Below, in pieces: positions 49,190-59,227 of a stretch of 64,000 bases of DNA. The notes under the pieces are model-generated. The model was not told where the DNA came from and did no database searches. It was given only the letters and a program-made list of their open reading frames with translations. Source of the DNA: a virus (taxonomy: Duplodnaviria; Caudoviricetes); IMG/VR virus record IMGVR_UViG_3300032038_000003, positions 146,315-210,314 of that record. One strand, 5' to 3'. The number at the start of each line of letters is the position of its first letter. Positions within the stretch are counted from its first letter, which is position 1. The position numbers and the translations under genes were made by a program.

Positions 49190-50389
49190 TTATTTCTTCA
49201 GTAAGATATACATAGCACCTTGTACGCCCTTGAAGTCAGCCCATGAAGGTGTTCCATAGTGAAGAGCTTTGTAAGTAGCTGTTACAGTAGCATCAGAAGA
49301 AACATCTGCATCAAGAGTGATAGAGATTAATCCCTTCTCGTAGCTAACTGTAACTTTATCAGCAGAAACTTCAGTATTGTTAATCTTAACAGTAACGCCC
49401 TGCTGTAAGTTCTTAAGAGCACCGCCAGCAAAGTCCTTAGCCTGGAACTGAACAACAGTGTTTGCCTTAGTACCAGCAACGATAGTACCGATATTGATAT
49501 CGGTATATTCTGTATCGTTCTTACCAAATCCATCATAGTTACCAGAACCGTCATGGAGACCAAGGATACCAGTAGGATTGTGAACAAGGTTAGACTGGTA
49601 ATTCTGGAAGATTGTATTACCGTCTGTGTATGTAGGATCATAAGGATAACCTTCATCAGAAGGAAGGTTAGAAGCACCAGAACGATTGATGAACATGTCA
49701 TCTTCTTTCTTGTACTGCTCTTCCCATAACATCCACTTAAGCCATCCAGTAGGCTCAGCGTTGAGATCAGATGCAAGAACCTGTCCAACGATAAGATGTG
49801 GAGCATCATTATCTGGATCCCACTTTGTAAGACGACCAGAAGGAGTAGCCTTTACATAATCGCCGTTCTGAACTTCACCAATAACAGCACCCCAAGGCAT
49901 TCTGTTATCTACAGAAAGCATCTGCTCTTCTGCTAAGACACCAGCCTTAGTGAAGTTAGTGTTTGCTGTGAAACCAGGCATGTATGGTAACTCAACGTAA
50001 TCAAGAGTGATTACAGAAGGCTGGTTGCCACCGAAACGATCCATCTGGAACCAATCCTTTGTGAAGTTGTAAGGAGCCATACCGATTGTATTGCCGCCTG
50101 TAGCGAGACCAGGTAATGTGATAGTAGCAAGGTATTTCTTTGAAACATAATCCTTAACGGATGCTCCAACACCTACTACACGTCCTTTAGGAATAACGAC
50201 CTCGTCCATTCCAGGACCACCATACTGATAATTGAACAGTACACCATCTTTGAAGACACCGCTCATGTCAGCATCTTTGAATGCGGGATCAAGTAACCAC
50301 TTCTCTGCTGGAGACATATGACCAGAACGAACGAGAGCAGTATTAGAGCGAGATCCCTGTTGGTTTTGATAACCTCTAAATAAAGCCAT
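49190..50389 (-). CDS. Capsid-associated (decoration/cement) protein
   Basis: Between protease and capsid genes; VVIPKGRVV..GDYVKATPSGRL..IVGQVL beta-tulip-like pattern. Confidence 0.6.
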   Translation of the reverse strand: MALFRGYQNQQGSRSNTALVRSGHMSPAEKWLLDPAFKDADMSGVFKDGVLFNYQYGGPGMDEVVIPKGRVVGVGASVKDYVSKKYLATITLPGLATGGNTIGMAPYNFTKDWFQMDRFGGNQPSVITLDYVELPYMPGFTANTNFTKAGVLAEEQMLSVDNRMPWGAVIGEVQNGDYVKATPSGRLTKWDPDNDAPHLIVGQVLASDLNAEPTGWLKWMLWEEQYKKEDDMFINRSGASNLPSDEGYPYDPTYTDGNTIFQNYQSNLVHNPTGILGLHDGSGNYDGFGKNDTEYTDINIGTIVAGTKANTVVQFQAKDFAGGALKNLQQGVTVKINNTEVSADKVTVSYEKGLISITLDADVSSDATVTATYKALHYGTPSWADFKGVQGAMYILLKK

Positions 50390-50412
50390 TAACTTTTCCT
50401 CCTTTTGTTATT

Positions 50413-51144
50413 TTACTTGAACAACCTTTTGATTACTTCTTGAGCAGCGTCATCAACTGTTTTTATGTTATGGTTGTCTTGTGTTGTTTTATTAGTATCG
50501 GTAGCTGAATCAGTACCGTTACCAGCTGGGTCTTCCACTGCCAAGCAAGGACTAGTAATAGAAGCCTGTGTTCTCTGAACATTTGACTGCTGTGTACTTG
50601 CCTTGATTGTCTTAAGTTCCTTCATGGATTTAACCATGAGGTCCTTTTTACGCTCTTCCTTGGCATCATCGTTTTCAAATATTTCTTTTGCAACGATACT
50701 GTCAACGATAGCTTCTTTGTTTGCAGTAGCTAATGCCACACAACGCTGTTTGAAGTTATTAGCTTCTGTTCTTGCGTCTTCAGCTGTCTTTGTAAGAGTT
50801 TCAATCTGAGACTGAGCATCAATTGCTTCTGTCTCTAACTCTTCAATTTTAGCTTTAGCATCAGCGAGTTCTTGTTCTAGCTGAGTAATTTTAGCATCTT
50901 TTTCGTTGTCTTTTGGCTCTTCTTCAGTAGAAGTCTGTCCATCAGTTGTATCTGCTGGAGTCTGACCAGATTCATCTGTTGCTTGTCCAGCTTCAGTAGA
51001 GCCGTCTGCTGTTTCTGTAGTAGGCTCTTGAGTCTGGTCTTCAACAGGTGTAGTAGAATCTTGAACTTCTGCTGTCGGAGTAGTTCCCAATGCCTGATCA
51101 ATGATATCATCAACATTGGTTTCTGTAGAATCAGATCCGCCCAT
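50413..51144 (-). CDS. Nested in-frame scaffold protein (243 aa)
   Basis: Internal TAAGGAGG RBS upstream of ATG 51144 (MGGSDS...). Confidence 0.6.
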   Translation of the reverse strand: MGGSDSTETNVDDIIDQALGTTPTAEVQDSTTPVEDQTQEPTTETADGSTEAGQATDESGQTPADTTDGQTSTEEEPKDNEKDAKITQLEQELADAKAKIEELETEAIDAQSQIETLTKTAEDARTEANNFKQRCVALATANKEAIVDSIVAKEIFENDDAKEERKKDLMVKSMKELKTIKASTQQSNVQRTQASITSPCLAVEDPAGNGTDSATDTNKTTQDNHNIKTVDDAAQEVIKRLFK

Positions 51145-51921
51145 TGAATTTTCCTCCTTATTTTTATTATCTTGCTGTGTATCTTTGTCCGTTAGGACTG
51201 TAACTTTCATTATCTGGGCAAAGTCGTCTGCTGGGTTATTTACAATTGATACTTCATGATATTCAATATCTCTTGCTCCCCAATAACATACTTGATCTTT
51301 ATATGTCTCTCCACGCCAATGACCGCAGAAATGAAACTTACCATCTTTGAGAATTGTTTTGCCACAAATATTACATGTGACAGTACCCATTGAACCACCG
51401 ATACTTACTGTACCGTATCGTTTGTCTAAGAATTTTGGAATAGCATCCTGGTCTGTTACTCTTGCTCTTAAATGAATAGCAGAGCGTTCATCTGTTAATT
51501 CAGAAGGACCAGCATATGCCTGTGTCACTCTACCAAGTGGTTCAGAGTAATCATCGTGATTTTTAAGAACTGGTTTATGGAAAGGATTCATGAAAGATTC
51601 ACTATCTTTTTCCATGCTATCTTCATAATATATGCAATGATTATGGTTTTTACCAGAGTGAGTTGCCTCCATATCGACATCAAGTGCAACGATATTTACT
51701 TTACCATCACTTGCGTCTTTAAGCAACTGTGTTGAATCAATTACTTCGCCTTTAGAATTGACAACTTTCAAATCATGTTGAAAATTGATTCTATTCTTCA
51801 TAGCTGAGTCTTTGATGCTGGTAGATCCATCTGAATCACCATTAATATCACATATTTTAGAGATGTTCACGTCAAATTGTTTGCCGTTTGCATCTTTAAC
51901 TTGAATGATACTATCAGCCAT
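50413..51921 (-). CDS. Prohead protease fused to a scaffold
   Basis: ATHSG, PVLKNHD..PLGRV, TVSIGG..CNICG..FCGH, EVSIVNNPAD; acidic linker and coiled-coil C-terminus. Confidence 0.85.
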   Translation of the reverse strand: MADSIIQVKDANGKQFDVNISKICDINGDSDGSTSIKDSAMKNRINFQHDLKVVNSKGEVIDSTQLLKDASDGKVNIVALDVDMEATHSGKNHNHCIYYEDSMEKDSESFMNPFHKPVLKNHDDYSEPLGRVTQAYAGPSELTDERSAIHLRARVTDQDAIPKFLDKRYGTVSIGGSMGTVTCNICGKTILKDGKFHFCGHWRGETYKDQVCYWGARDIEYHEVSIVNNPADDFAQIMKVTVLTDKDTQQDNKNKEENSMGGSDSTETNVDDIIDQALGTTPTAEVQDSTTPVEDQTQEPTTETADGSTEAGQATDESGQTPADTTDGQTSTEEEPKDNEKDAKITQLEQELADAKAKIEELETEAIDAQSQIETLTKTAEDARTEANNFKQRCVALATANKEAIVDSIVAKEIFENDDAKEERKKDLMVKSMKELKTIKASTQQSNVQRTQASITSPCLAVEDPAGNGTDSATDTNKTTQDNHNIKTVDDAAQEVIKRLFK

Positions 51922-51942
51922 ATGATGAATTGTCTCCTTTCT

Positions 51943-53733
51943 TTATTCTATTAGGTATTTTACTAGTAAATCCTTGAAGATGTCAATTCTAACATTAACA
52001 AGGTCTATGATATTAGTAGGGTTGTAAATATCAAAACCAATTAAATCGCTATTTATACCATTAGTCAAGTCAGTTGCAAGTTTTATAAGCTTATTTTCAA
52101 TTCGTTTTGTATTTTCTTTATCTTGAGAGACGATTAAGATAATCTCTTCAGTACAATCTGTAATATACTTAGTAAGTTTTACTTGTAAGATTTCTGAATG
52201 ACTATCACAACAAGTCTTTAAATAATCATCTACATCATCATACAGGCCATCAATAGCATCTTTAATTAATCCGATTGAAGTAGGATTGATACTATCTTTC
52301 TTAGTTGCTTGTTTTTTAGATGATTGTCCGCCTTTATTTTTAGCCTTGTTATTTGTTTCTGGAGTACCGTTTTCAGATCCAGAAGTTTGTGCAGTTTGTG
52401 CATTCAGTTCTGCTTGAACTCTAAGAGTTTCTCTCGTAACAAGCTCGACGAACATTTTCTCTCTATCGGCATCTGGAATAGGATCCATTCCAATTTCTTC
52501 TCTCATTTCGTCTTCAGTAATTGCAGAGTGTTCATATTTATAGATAGCGTGTACTTGCTTTTTAATTTCAACATCAACATCATTATCGTTAAATTTGAAC
52601 TCAACCTTTTGGTCTGGATTTAATACTGGATCATATCCACCTTCCATTAAAAGTTCTTTAATAATAAATTCATTAAAGAACGTTTCGATAACTCTCTGCA
52701 TGGCCCTAATTCTATCTGCCATTTCAGATGTCATGTTATCACCAGTAGAACGATTAGCTGTATTACCACGACCAAACATGATTTCTGGAATACCGAGTCC
52801 AGAGAAGACTCTTGATTCCATATATTTTAAATAAGGCTCTGCGTCTATTACTTTATCAGAAGCAATCGGTTTGATTTCTACTCTTTCAGTAGTAACAAGC
52901 ATAGATTCAACATCCATGTCTTGTGCTTCGTTCTGGATATCCTCTACTTCTTTAGAAGTACCAGTTGCTTCTTCTGTACCCACTTTGATGTGATAGAAAG
53001 GATATACATTTCTATACATCATTTTTAAAATATTTTCTTCGGCACGACGTAATGCTTTTACATCTGGTATAACTGGAACTAAAAAACTAGTTCCATAAGC
53101 ATTACCTTTTTCTCTTTTATAATAGAAATGAACTACGTCTTCTGGTGGGAAAGTTTGTTTTCCTTTATCAGTTTCTTGCTGCCATTCAGTGACAGTACCG
53201 TAGTCATCACGTTTACATTTTGTAACCGTAGCATTAGCACAGAAGTAACCAGCTACGGGATCTTTTCCATAAAGACCTTGTACGTTTACTCCTTGAGGAA
53301 AAGCATTAGGATCATTTGATCTTGCTTTTACTACCATACAGTTACCGTATTTTACTACGTCTTCTGCTATGTCCATCAAGAATTGACTTGTTGGTGTAGA
53401 TGTAGCTTCAGCAATAAACGCAAGTCTCATTTTAAGATAATCAACTACGTTTGTGTCTGTGCCATAAAATTGGTAACCCTCTTTGAATATCTGATCTACA
53501 TATTTATCTACACCTTGTCTAATATAAGCATCTTTATTGTACGCATCTTGTAATTCTGTTAATTCAAAACTTGGATCTTCAAAATCAGTATCGTTATTGT
53601 CTTTATATACGATTTTTCCAAGTACTTGATTGGCTAATTCTCTTCCTGTTGCCCCTCCAGAACTTCCAGATGCGTCTTGTGGAAGTAACTCTTTGAAGAA
53701 GCGTTTAGCAAACATTAATTTTAATCTGTTCAT
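51943..53733 (-). CDS. Portal protein
   Basis: DVVKYGNCMV..EDVVHF..AYGTSFLVPV..VFSGLGIPEIMFG..ITEDEMREEIGMDPI; position. Confidence 0.88.
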   Translation of the reverse strand: MNRLKLMFAKRFFKELLPQDASGSSGGATGRELANQVLGKIVYKDNNDTDFEDPSFELTELQDAYNKDAYIRQGVDKYVDQIFKEGYQFYGTDTNVVDYLKMRLAFIAEATSTPTSQFLMDIAEDVVKYGNCMVVKARSNDPNAFPQGVNVQGLYGKDPVAGYFCANATVTKCKRDDYGTVTEWQQETDKGKQTFPPEDVVHFYYKREKGNAYGTSFLVPVIPDVKALRRAEENILKMMYRNVYPFYHIKVGTEEATGTSKEVEDIQNEAQDMDVESMLVTTERVEIKPIASDKVIDAEPYLKYMESRVFSGLGIPEIMFGRGNTANRSTGDNMTSEMADRIRAMQRVIETFFNEFIIKELLMEGGYDPVLNPDQKVEFKFNDNDVDVEIKKQVHAIYKYEHSAITEDEMREEIGMDPIPDADREKMFVELVTRETLRVQAELNAQTAQTSGSENGTPETNNKAKNKGGQSSKKQATKKDSINPTSIGLIKDAIDGLYDDVDDYLKTCCDSHSEILQVKLTKYITDCTEEIILIVSQDKENTKRIENKLIKLATDLTNGINSDLIGFDIYNPTNIIDLVNVRIDIFKDLLVKYLIE

Positions 53734-53758
53734 AATATCGCCTTTTCAATCGTATTCA

Positions 53759-53772
53759 TATTATAATATACA
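53759..53772 (-). promoter_or_regulatory. Putative late promoter TGTATATTATAATA
   Basis: Exact copy of the 14-mer, upstream of portal. Confidence 0.6.
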
Positions 53773-53780
53773 TCAAAATG

Positions 53781-54932
53781 TTAACTATTGCTACTTGTTG
53801 AGCGAGAAAGTTTCTGCAAATTATATTTTTGTTTTTCCAAAACGGTGATCTGGTTTAAATAGTTCTGATTATACATTAACACTCTGCTAACGTTTTTAAC
53901 AGCATCATTTAGTTTAGCTGTATATTCAGTAACTTTTCTTCCTAAAAATTTAGACTCTGGATTGCTTTGGTACAAGTTATATACGTCATTGAGATGTTTC
54001 CTTTTTTCATAGTAATTATACATTGATTTTTGTATAAGTTCTAGGTCTTCATTTCTCATGTATCCTCTGGAACGAATATCTAGTTCTTTTTCTATTTCAG
54101 CAAACATTTCTTTAAGTATATCCATGTCATTACTTGTTGCTTGAGCGTCTTCGTGACTGTCTATAACTTTTGCACACTTAATGGCACTTTTATTATCCTG
54201 GAATACTGTAAAGGATACTAATTTATTTAAAATAGCATCAAATGAAATAGTAAGATAATTAATCTTTCCATTCGTACCATCACGTTCCATAAGACGCATA
54301 TCATTTACATAAGCATTGTCAATTCCTTGTGCCTCTGGTATTGATATATTTGGTCTGCCATAATATACATCTTTAAAGTTTACATTAAGATTAGAAAGTT
54401 TTGTTTCTATATAATTAAGCTGATTGATTAATGCTGGAATGACAGTACCAGTTACGTCATTATATTGGTCTTCGAATTGCTGTGTAAAATCCGTATTACC
54501 ATTTTCTCCAGCATCAATCAATTTAGTAATATCATTATATGGATTATATGACTCGCCAGGTTTAGCATTATTAAGAATAATTTCTGTATCTGATAATCCA
54601 CCAGTAGAACCTTTATAAAATGGATTATCAAGCAATGCTTGTTCTTCTTTAAATTTTTCTGCAAGTTTCTGCTTTAATCTTTTTATGTTTTTAAGAACAT
54701 AATCGATATCAGTAAGAACACTTGAAGGAAGATTTTCTGCAAATCCATTTAATGTTTTTGTATATAACGTAGTATCTTTATCTGAATCGTAAGTTTGATT
54801 TGGATCTTGTCCAGGAATAAATTCACCAACAGCGGTACGTGGTTTTTTATATTCTAAGTCTGGTTGATAACCAATGACATTAGAATCATGATCCAATTGT
54901 TTTAAAATATGTTCATCTGCCATAATTACCAA
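53781..54932 (-). CDS. Hypothetical helical protein between TerL and portal
   Basis: 383-aa ORF. Confidence 0.5.
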   Translation of the reverse strand: MVIMADEHILKQLDHDSNVIGYQPDLEYKKPRTAVGEFIPGQDPNQTYDSDKDTTLYTKTLNGFAENLPSSVLTDIDYVLKNIKRLKQKLAEKFKEEQALLDNPFYKGSTGGLSDTEIILNNAKPGESYNPYNDITKLIDAGENGNTDFTQQFEDQYNDVTGTVIPALINQLNYIETKLSNLNVNFKDVYYGRPNISIPEAQGIDNAYVNDMRLMERDGTNGKINYLTISFDAILNKLVSFTVFQDNKSAIKCAKVIDSHEDAQATSNDMDILKEMFAEIEKELDIRSRGYMRNEDLELIQKSMYNYYEKRKHLNDVYNLYQSNPESKFLGRKVTEYTAKLNDAVKNVSRVLMYNQNYLNQITVLEKQKYNLQKLSRSTSSNS

Positions 54933-56842
54933 CTCCTGTTAAATTCTGACGGATAAAAACTGCCTCGTTTAGTTTTTGTAACAGTTACCATACCTTCAGT
55001 AACAGTACTTCTACGAATAACACGTATAGGGGTAACTTGTACTTCATCTATAGGTTTATCATTAATCTTACGGCTTTCAATACCGAAATCACGCTTATCA
55101 AGTACATTCTCAATAAATGCAATCTTTGAAGAATATACTTTCTTTAATAATGAATCATATTTTTGAGCAAATATCAATAATGCAAGATTCATCGCATCAA
55201 GAGCGTGTTCGTTTTCGCTTGTATAAGTAGGTAATCCAGCTGCACTAATCGATTGTACTCTATATTCTTCAAGTTCTTCGATTACATATTTATCAGCTGG
55301 GTCTAATATCATTTTTCTCTTCTCAAAGATATTAACTGAATTGTTTACCATAAATGGTTTCATATGTTTCTCGTCTTTTTTACGAGTATATGGATCAGTT
55401 ACTTGTATCTTTTGAGAGAATTGATATCCAACTACTTTATCTGCTAAACCAGATTCTGGATGTTGTTCACCATATTTATGGAATAACTCTAATTGAGTTT
55501 CTCCATAACCTCTATCTATTGCGATCCAATCAAATTTAAATTCTTTATTGAGTTCAATTACTCTATTCATTGCATTAGTATAAGTAAATTCTGAACGAGC
55601 AATTTCTTCTCTGAATAAGATTTTAAAACAAGGATCTACATGACCATTTTCATCTTGATGGAATCTATCGTATTCAACACATACCATATTGGTTGCATTT
55701 GCATATTTATCCCAATCAATACCAAGGAGTCTAATGTTTTGTCCTTGTGTACGTTTAAGATAAGATTCACGTTCATCTGCGGGCCATTTAGTAATATATC
55801 TATGACCAAGACGTTTACCTTCATCAACAGCCATTTGAATATATTGTTTTTGGTAAACACCAAGTTCTTCTTCACCAAATTCAGCAAGAACTTCTTGTGC
55901 ATATCTCATTTCAGATAATTCGTCTCGAATATCTTCAAGATATGTTTGTTGAGTATCTGGATTTATTTTTAACAGTTCTTTGTTAACGTTAGATGGAGCA
56001 TAAATCTCTGTCCAACCATTACCTTCTCCAACTTTACGCTCTTTAACTTCGAAACCAGAAAAAGTATTATTCTTTTTATCTGCATCACTAACATGATATT
56101 TCTTTGATGCGTCTTGACACCATTTATAATATTCTTCGTGTTTACCAGAAGGAGTAGAAGCTGCGATAAGTCTAATTCTTTCTGGATCTTCGTTTCTTAT
56201 GTTAAGAATGTTAGTAATCTGATTAGAACCAATATAATCGCACTCGTCTAATATAAGTACATCTGCTCTTTGACCACGGGAGCTATTTGCACCGCCAGAA
56301 CTATTATTAGCACCAGCAGTTAAACCAAGTATCGAACTTGTTGTTCCGTTAATATCAAAGCATAAATTATGATGTATATCTCTTGATATTAATGATGTAA
56401 GTAAAGGAGATAGATCAACTAACTGATGTAATCTTTTAAAGATTAAGTCGATCTGTGTTTCGTAAGGTGTAGCAATAAGAATATCGTACTGGTTATTTGG
56501 TCCTTTATTATATTGAGTATATGCGAACCATAAAATCATAATACACATACACTCTGATTTACCAAGTCGTCGTCCAAGTCTAAGAACAAGTTTCTTTGAT
56601 TTTTTAGACTCGACTATGATTGGTTCCTGGTAATCTCTTGCCTCCCAGTTAAGATATACTTTTGCCCAAAGAATTGGATTATCTGTTACTATATATTCTA
56701 AAGCGTGAGCTTTGGATTTTTTAAATTTGTTCATAACATAATTAACCCTTTTATCCAACTGGTTATCCAGTGGTTTCAAAAGAGTAATCATATTGTCTAC
56801 TTCTGAATCTGATAATCTTGATATTAATTGTTGTTCTGCCAT
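54926..56842 (-). CDS. terL: Terminase large subunit
   Basis: Walker A GRRLGKS, Walker B LILDECD, ASTP coupling motif, nuclease LGIDWD..IDRGYG..HALDA. Confidence 0.93.
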   Translation of the reverse strand: MAEQQLISRLSDSEVDNMITLLKPLDNQLDKRVNYVMNKFKKSKAHALEYIVTDNPILWAKVYLNWEARDYQEPIIVESKKSKKLVLRLGRRLGKSECMCIMILWFAYTQYNKGPNNQYDILIATPYETQIDLIFKRLHQLVDLSPLLTSLISRDIHHNLCFDINGTTSSILGLTAGANNSSGGANSSRGQRADVLILDECDYIGSNQITNILNIRNEDPERIRLIAASTPSGKHEEYYKWCQDASKKYHVSDADKKNNTFSGFEVKERKVGEGNGWTEIYAPSNVNKELLKINPDTQQTYLEDIRDELSEMRYAQEVLAEFGEEELGVYQKQYIQMAVDEGKRLGHRYITKWPADERESYLKRTQGQNIRLLGIDWDKYANATNMVCVEYDRFHQDENGHVDPCFKILFREEIARSEFTYTNAMNRVIELNKEFKFDWIAIDRGYGETQLELFHKYGEQHPESGLADKVVGYQFSQKIQVTDPYTRKKDEKHMKPFMVNNSVNIFEKRKMILDPADKYVIEELEEYRVQSISAAGLPTYTSENEHALDAMNLALLIFAQKYDSLLKKVYSSKIAFIENVLDKRDFGIESRKINDKPIDEVQVTPIRVIRRSTVTEGMVTVTKTKRGSFYPSEFNRSW

Positions 56843-56846
56843 GTAA

Positions 56847-57329
56847 TCACAATCCTAAATAGTAATTTCTTGCTTCGTTTCCAAATGCTGAATTAATATT
56901 TGCACCATTAGAACGAATAGCGTTAAGGGAACGCTGTCTCATTGTATAGCCAGCTGATGTCATATCAAAATGTCCAGAACCAATTCCCTTAAGATTTTCA
57001 GTACCCTGTCCTATTTTTAAGCCTGTATTTTCCATATGTTGAGCAGTTAAATTTGCAGCAACAGAAATACCAGCCATAGCAAGGCCGCCACCAAGACCTT
57101 GTGCTAATCCGCCGTTTGCCATAGCTCCATAAAACATTTCACCAGCCGCAAAATCAACTGCACCTTTAGCAGCTGACACTGCAATATGATCGCCTTCTTC
57201 TTGAGAGGCTTTCATTGTTCCAACAGCTGATACAACGTTGAATGCATCACCAACAAATCCAGTTACTAATGCTCCAGCACCAACTGCTTTACCAGTATTT
57301 GATATTGTTTGAGCGGTAACTGCACCCAT
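56847..57329 (-). CDS. Gly/Ala-rich small protein (putative internal/ejected virion protein)
   Basis: GxxxG-rich hydrophobic helices; TMRQRSLNAI C-terminus. Confidence 0.5.
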   Translation of the reverse strand: MGAVTAQTISNTGKAVGAGALVTGFVGDAFNVVSAVGTMKASQEEGDHIAVSAAKGAVDFAAGEMFYGAMANGGLAQGLGGGLAMAGISVAANLTAQHMENTGLKIGQGTENLKGIGSGHFDMTSAGYTMRQRSLNAIRSNGANINSAFGNEARNYYLGL

Positions 57330-57335
57330 AAATTA

Positions 57336-57713
57336 TCACCCCATACCATAAAATGCTGATACAAATTCGGTATCTGCACCGAATTCATCTATATTATTAA
57401 GGATTCCATCATCAGTACGTACCATCTTTTTAAGCATATCTGCTTGAACAGCTGGATCGTTCGTGACTTCTTTAATAGCTTCTACAGCTCCAGATGTTAC
57501 ATTGTGTGTCATGCGAGCTGGACCACCCTCATAAGAAACTGGCCCCATTTTCATCTTATTATGCTGTCTTAACATCTCTGTTCCAAGGGCAGCAGCAGCT
57601 CCAACACCAAATCCAACAGCTACACCAGTCTTTGTAAGTTGATATGGTATAAGTTTAGAGGTTAAGCCACCACCTTCTGCTATTGTACGATTAGGTTGGA
57701 AGAAAACACCCAT
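57336..57713 (-). CDS. Small Gly/Ala-rich protein with one hydrophobic helix
   Basis: GVAVGFGVGAAAALG. Confidence 0.5.
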   Translation of the reverse strand: MGVFFQPNRTIAEGGGLTSKLIPYQLTKTGVAVGFGVGAAAALGTEMLRQHNKMKMGPVSYEGGPARMTHNVTSGAVEAIKEVTNDPAVQADMLKKMVRTDDGILNNIDEFGADTEFVSAFYGMG

Positions 57714-57714
57714 A

Positions 57715-58563
57715 TTATTCCTCCTTATCGTCTATTTTTTGAGAATTTTCCGTATTTTCAGCGGTTTCATCTACGTTTTTTGTCGTTTCTTCAGTAATTT
57801 CAGTAAAATCACCTGGATTTTCTTCGATAATTTCACCATTTTCATCAAAATCAACGTCCATAATGTCAAATTTTGCTTTATTTTGCTCTCTTTGAAGTTC
57901 TTGCATCTGTTGAAAGATACGAACTGCTTCATCTGAAGCGGTTTCTTTACGTTTATCAGCAGCTTTATCCTTACGAGTAGCGTTTAATTGATTAAGGATC
58001 TTCATTTTCTTGTCTTGTAAAGTCATTAAAAATTCAGATTCTGGAGTAATTACAGTGCCATAATAAGCATTACACTTCTTATCAACTTCAACAAGAGTTT
58101 CTCCCATGAAATCACCAGATAATGCTATCTTATTTTCTGCTCTAAGTATTTGTATTTCTATATTTACAAGGTCTTTAATAAGCGTTGCATCTACTAAGTC
58201 TTTAGATTCTATCGTTTCACCTTCAATATTAATATTAAAGTGTTGACACCATTGATTAAATCTTGTAATTAGAGCAGCTATTTCCATAGGACATCTTGAT
58301 CCTACGGTACGTTCTGATGGGTCAACCATACATACGTCTTTATATGCACAATTCACCCCTCTACATAATATCGGGATGGATGCAAACATGCCATGTTTCG
58401 TAAAATAGACTTTACTAATGTTACTTACTTGTTTAGTCTTCGTTGGGGTTAATCCCCACATTGCAGCTAATAATTCTTCTCCAGTTTTATTGCTGACATC
58501 TGGTAATGAAGTATTATTATTAAAGTCTTTTTGTTTTGTCGTTATTGCAATAGTATTAGCCAT
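57715..58563 (-). CDS. Putative terminase small subunit
   Basis: Upstream of TerL; KHGMFASIPILCRGVNC..C..CPME Cys cluster, helical core, acidic tail. Confidence 0.5.
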   Translation of the reverse strand: MANTIAITTKQKDFNNNTSLPDVSNKTGEELLAAMWGLTPTKTKQVSNISKVYFTKHGMFASIPILCRGVNCAYKDVCMVDPSERTVGSRCPMEIAALITRFNQWCQHFNINIEGETIESKDLVDATLIKDLVNIEIQILRAENKIALSGDFMGETLVEVDKKCNAYYGTVITPESEFLMTLQDKKMKILNQLNATRKDKAADKRKETASDEAVRIFQQMQELQREQNKAKFDIMDVDFDENGEIIEENPGDFTEITEETTKNVDETAENTENSQKIDDKEE

Positions 58564-58587
58564 TTTTAAATCGACTCCTTTATGTTA

Positions 58588-59214
58588 TTAGAGCATCATT
58601 CTCATTTGCCCATCGAATTGAGTTCCTACTTTAATTCCACCTATATCTGTTACAGATCCAGGTTTAACCATTCCACCTACTGGAGAATTATTAACTGTAC
58701 GAGAAATACCATCACCCATACCAGCTCCCCATTTAGAAATGCGTTCTGCAATTGCAATTGCATCTACACTTGCATTTTCCATTAAACCAGCGTTGTTATG
58801 AACGGCCGCACTTACTGCACCGCCAACTGCACCACTAGCACCACCGATTAATGCTCCTTTAGCAGCACCGCCAAGGAATGTTTCATCTTCATTAACTCCA
58901 CCAGCGATGCCGCCAATTACAGCACCTCCAACAGCACCAGTAACTAATCCTTCTGTTCCTCCGCCAATAGTTTTGCCGATACGGGAATAATTATTATTTA
59001 CTCCTTGAGCAATTTTGCGTCTAACTCCTTTTACTGATTCATCAGAAAGAACATTACCGCTTTTTGATAAGATTTTCCTACCAGCAGCTTCTGATACAGT
59101 TTCTCCAATGTATCCATCTAAAGTTCCAGCACCAACACCAATAGCGTCAACAACTGCACCAGATGTATCAGATAATGCTTTTCCAACAGTTTTCAATGCC
59201 TTTACTACTTCCAT
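58588..59214 (-). CDS. Glycine-zipper membrane protein
   Basis: GAVGGAVIGGIAGG-VNEDET-FLGGAAKGALIGGASGAVGG hairpin. Confidence 0.6.
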   Translation of the reverse strand: MEVVKALKTVGKALSDTSGAVVDAIGVGAGTLDGYIGETVSEAAGRKILSKSGNVLSDESVKGVRRKIAQGVNNNYSRIGKTIGGGTEGLVTGAVGGAVIGGIAGGVNEDETFLGGAAKGALIGGASGAVGGAVSAAVHNNAGLMENASVDAIAIAERISKWGAGMGDGISRTVNNSPVGGMVKPGSVTDIGGIKVGTQFDGQMRMML

Positions 59215-59227
59215 AACCTGATCTCCT

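Noticed and set aside
54926-56842. Intein or intron in TerL, portal or capsid genes
   Set aside because: Continuous ORFs of normal length with no splicing or homing-endonuclease motifs
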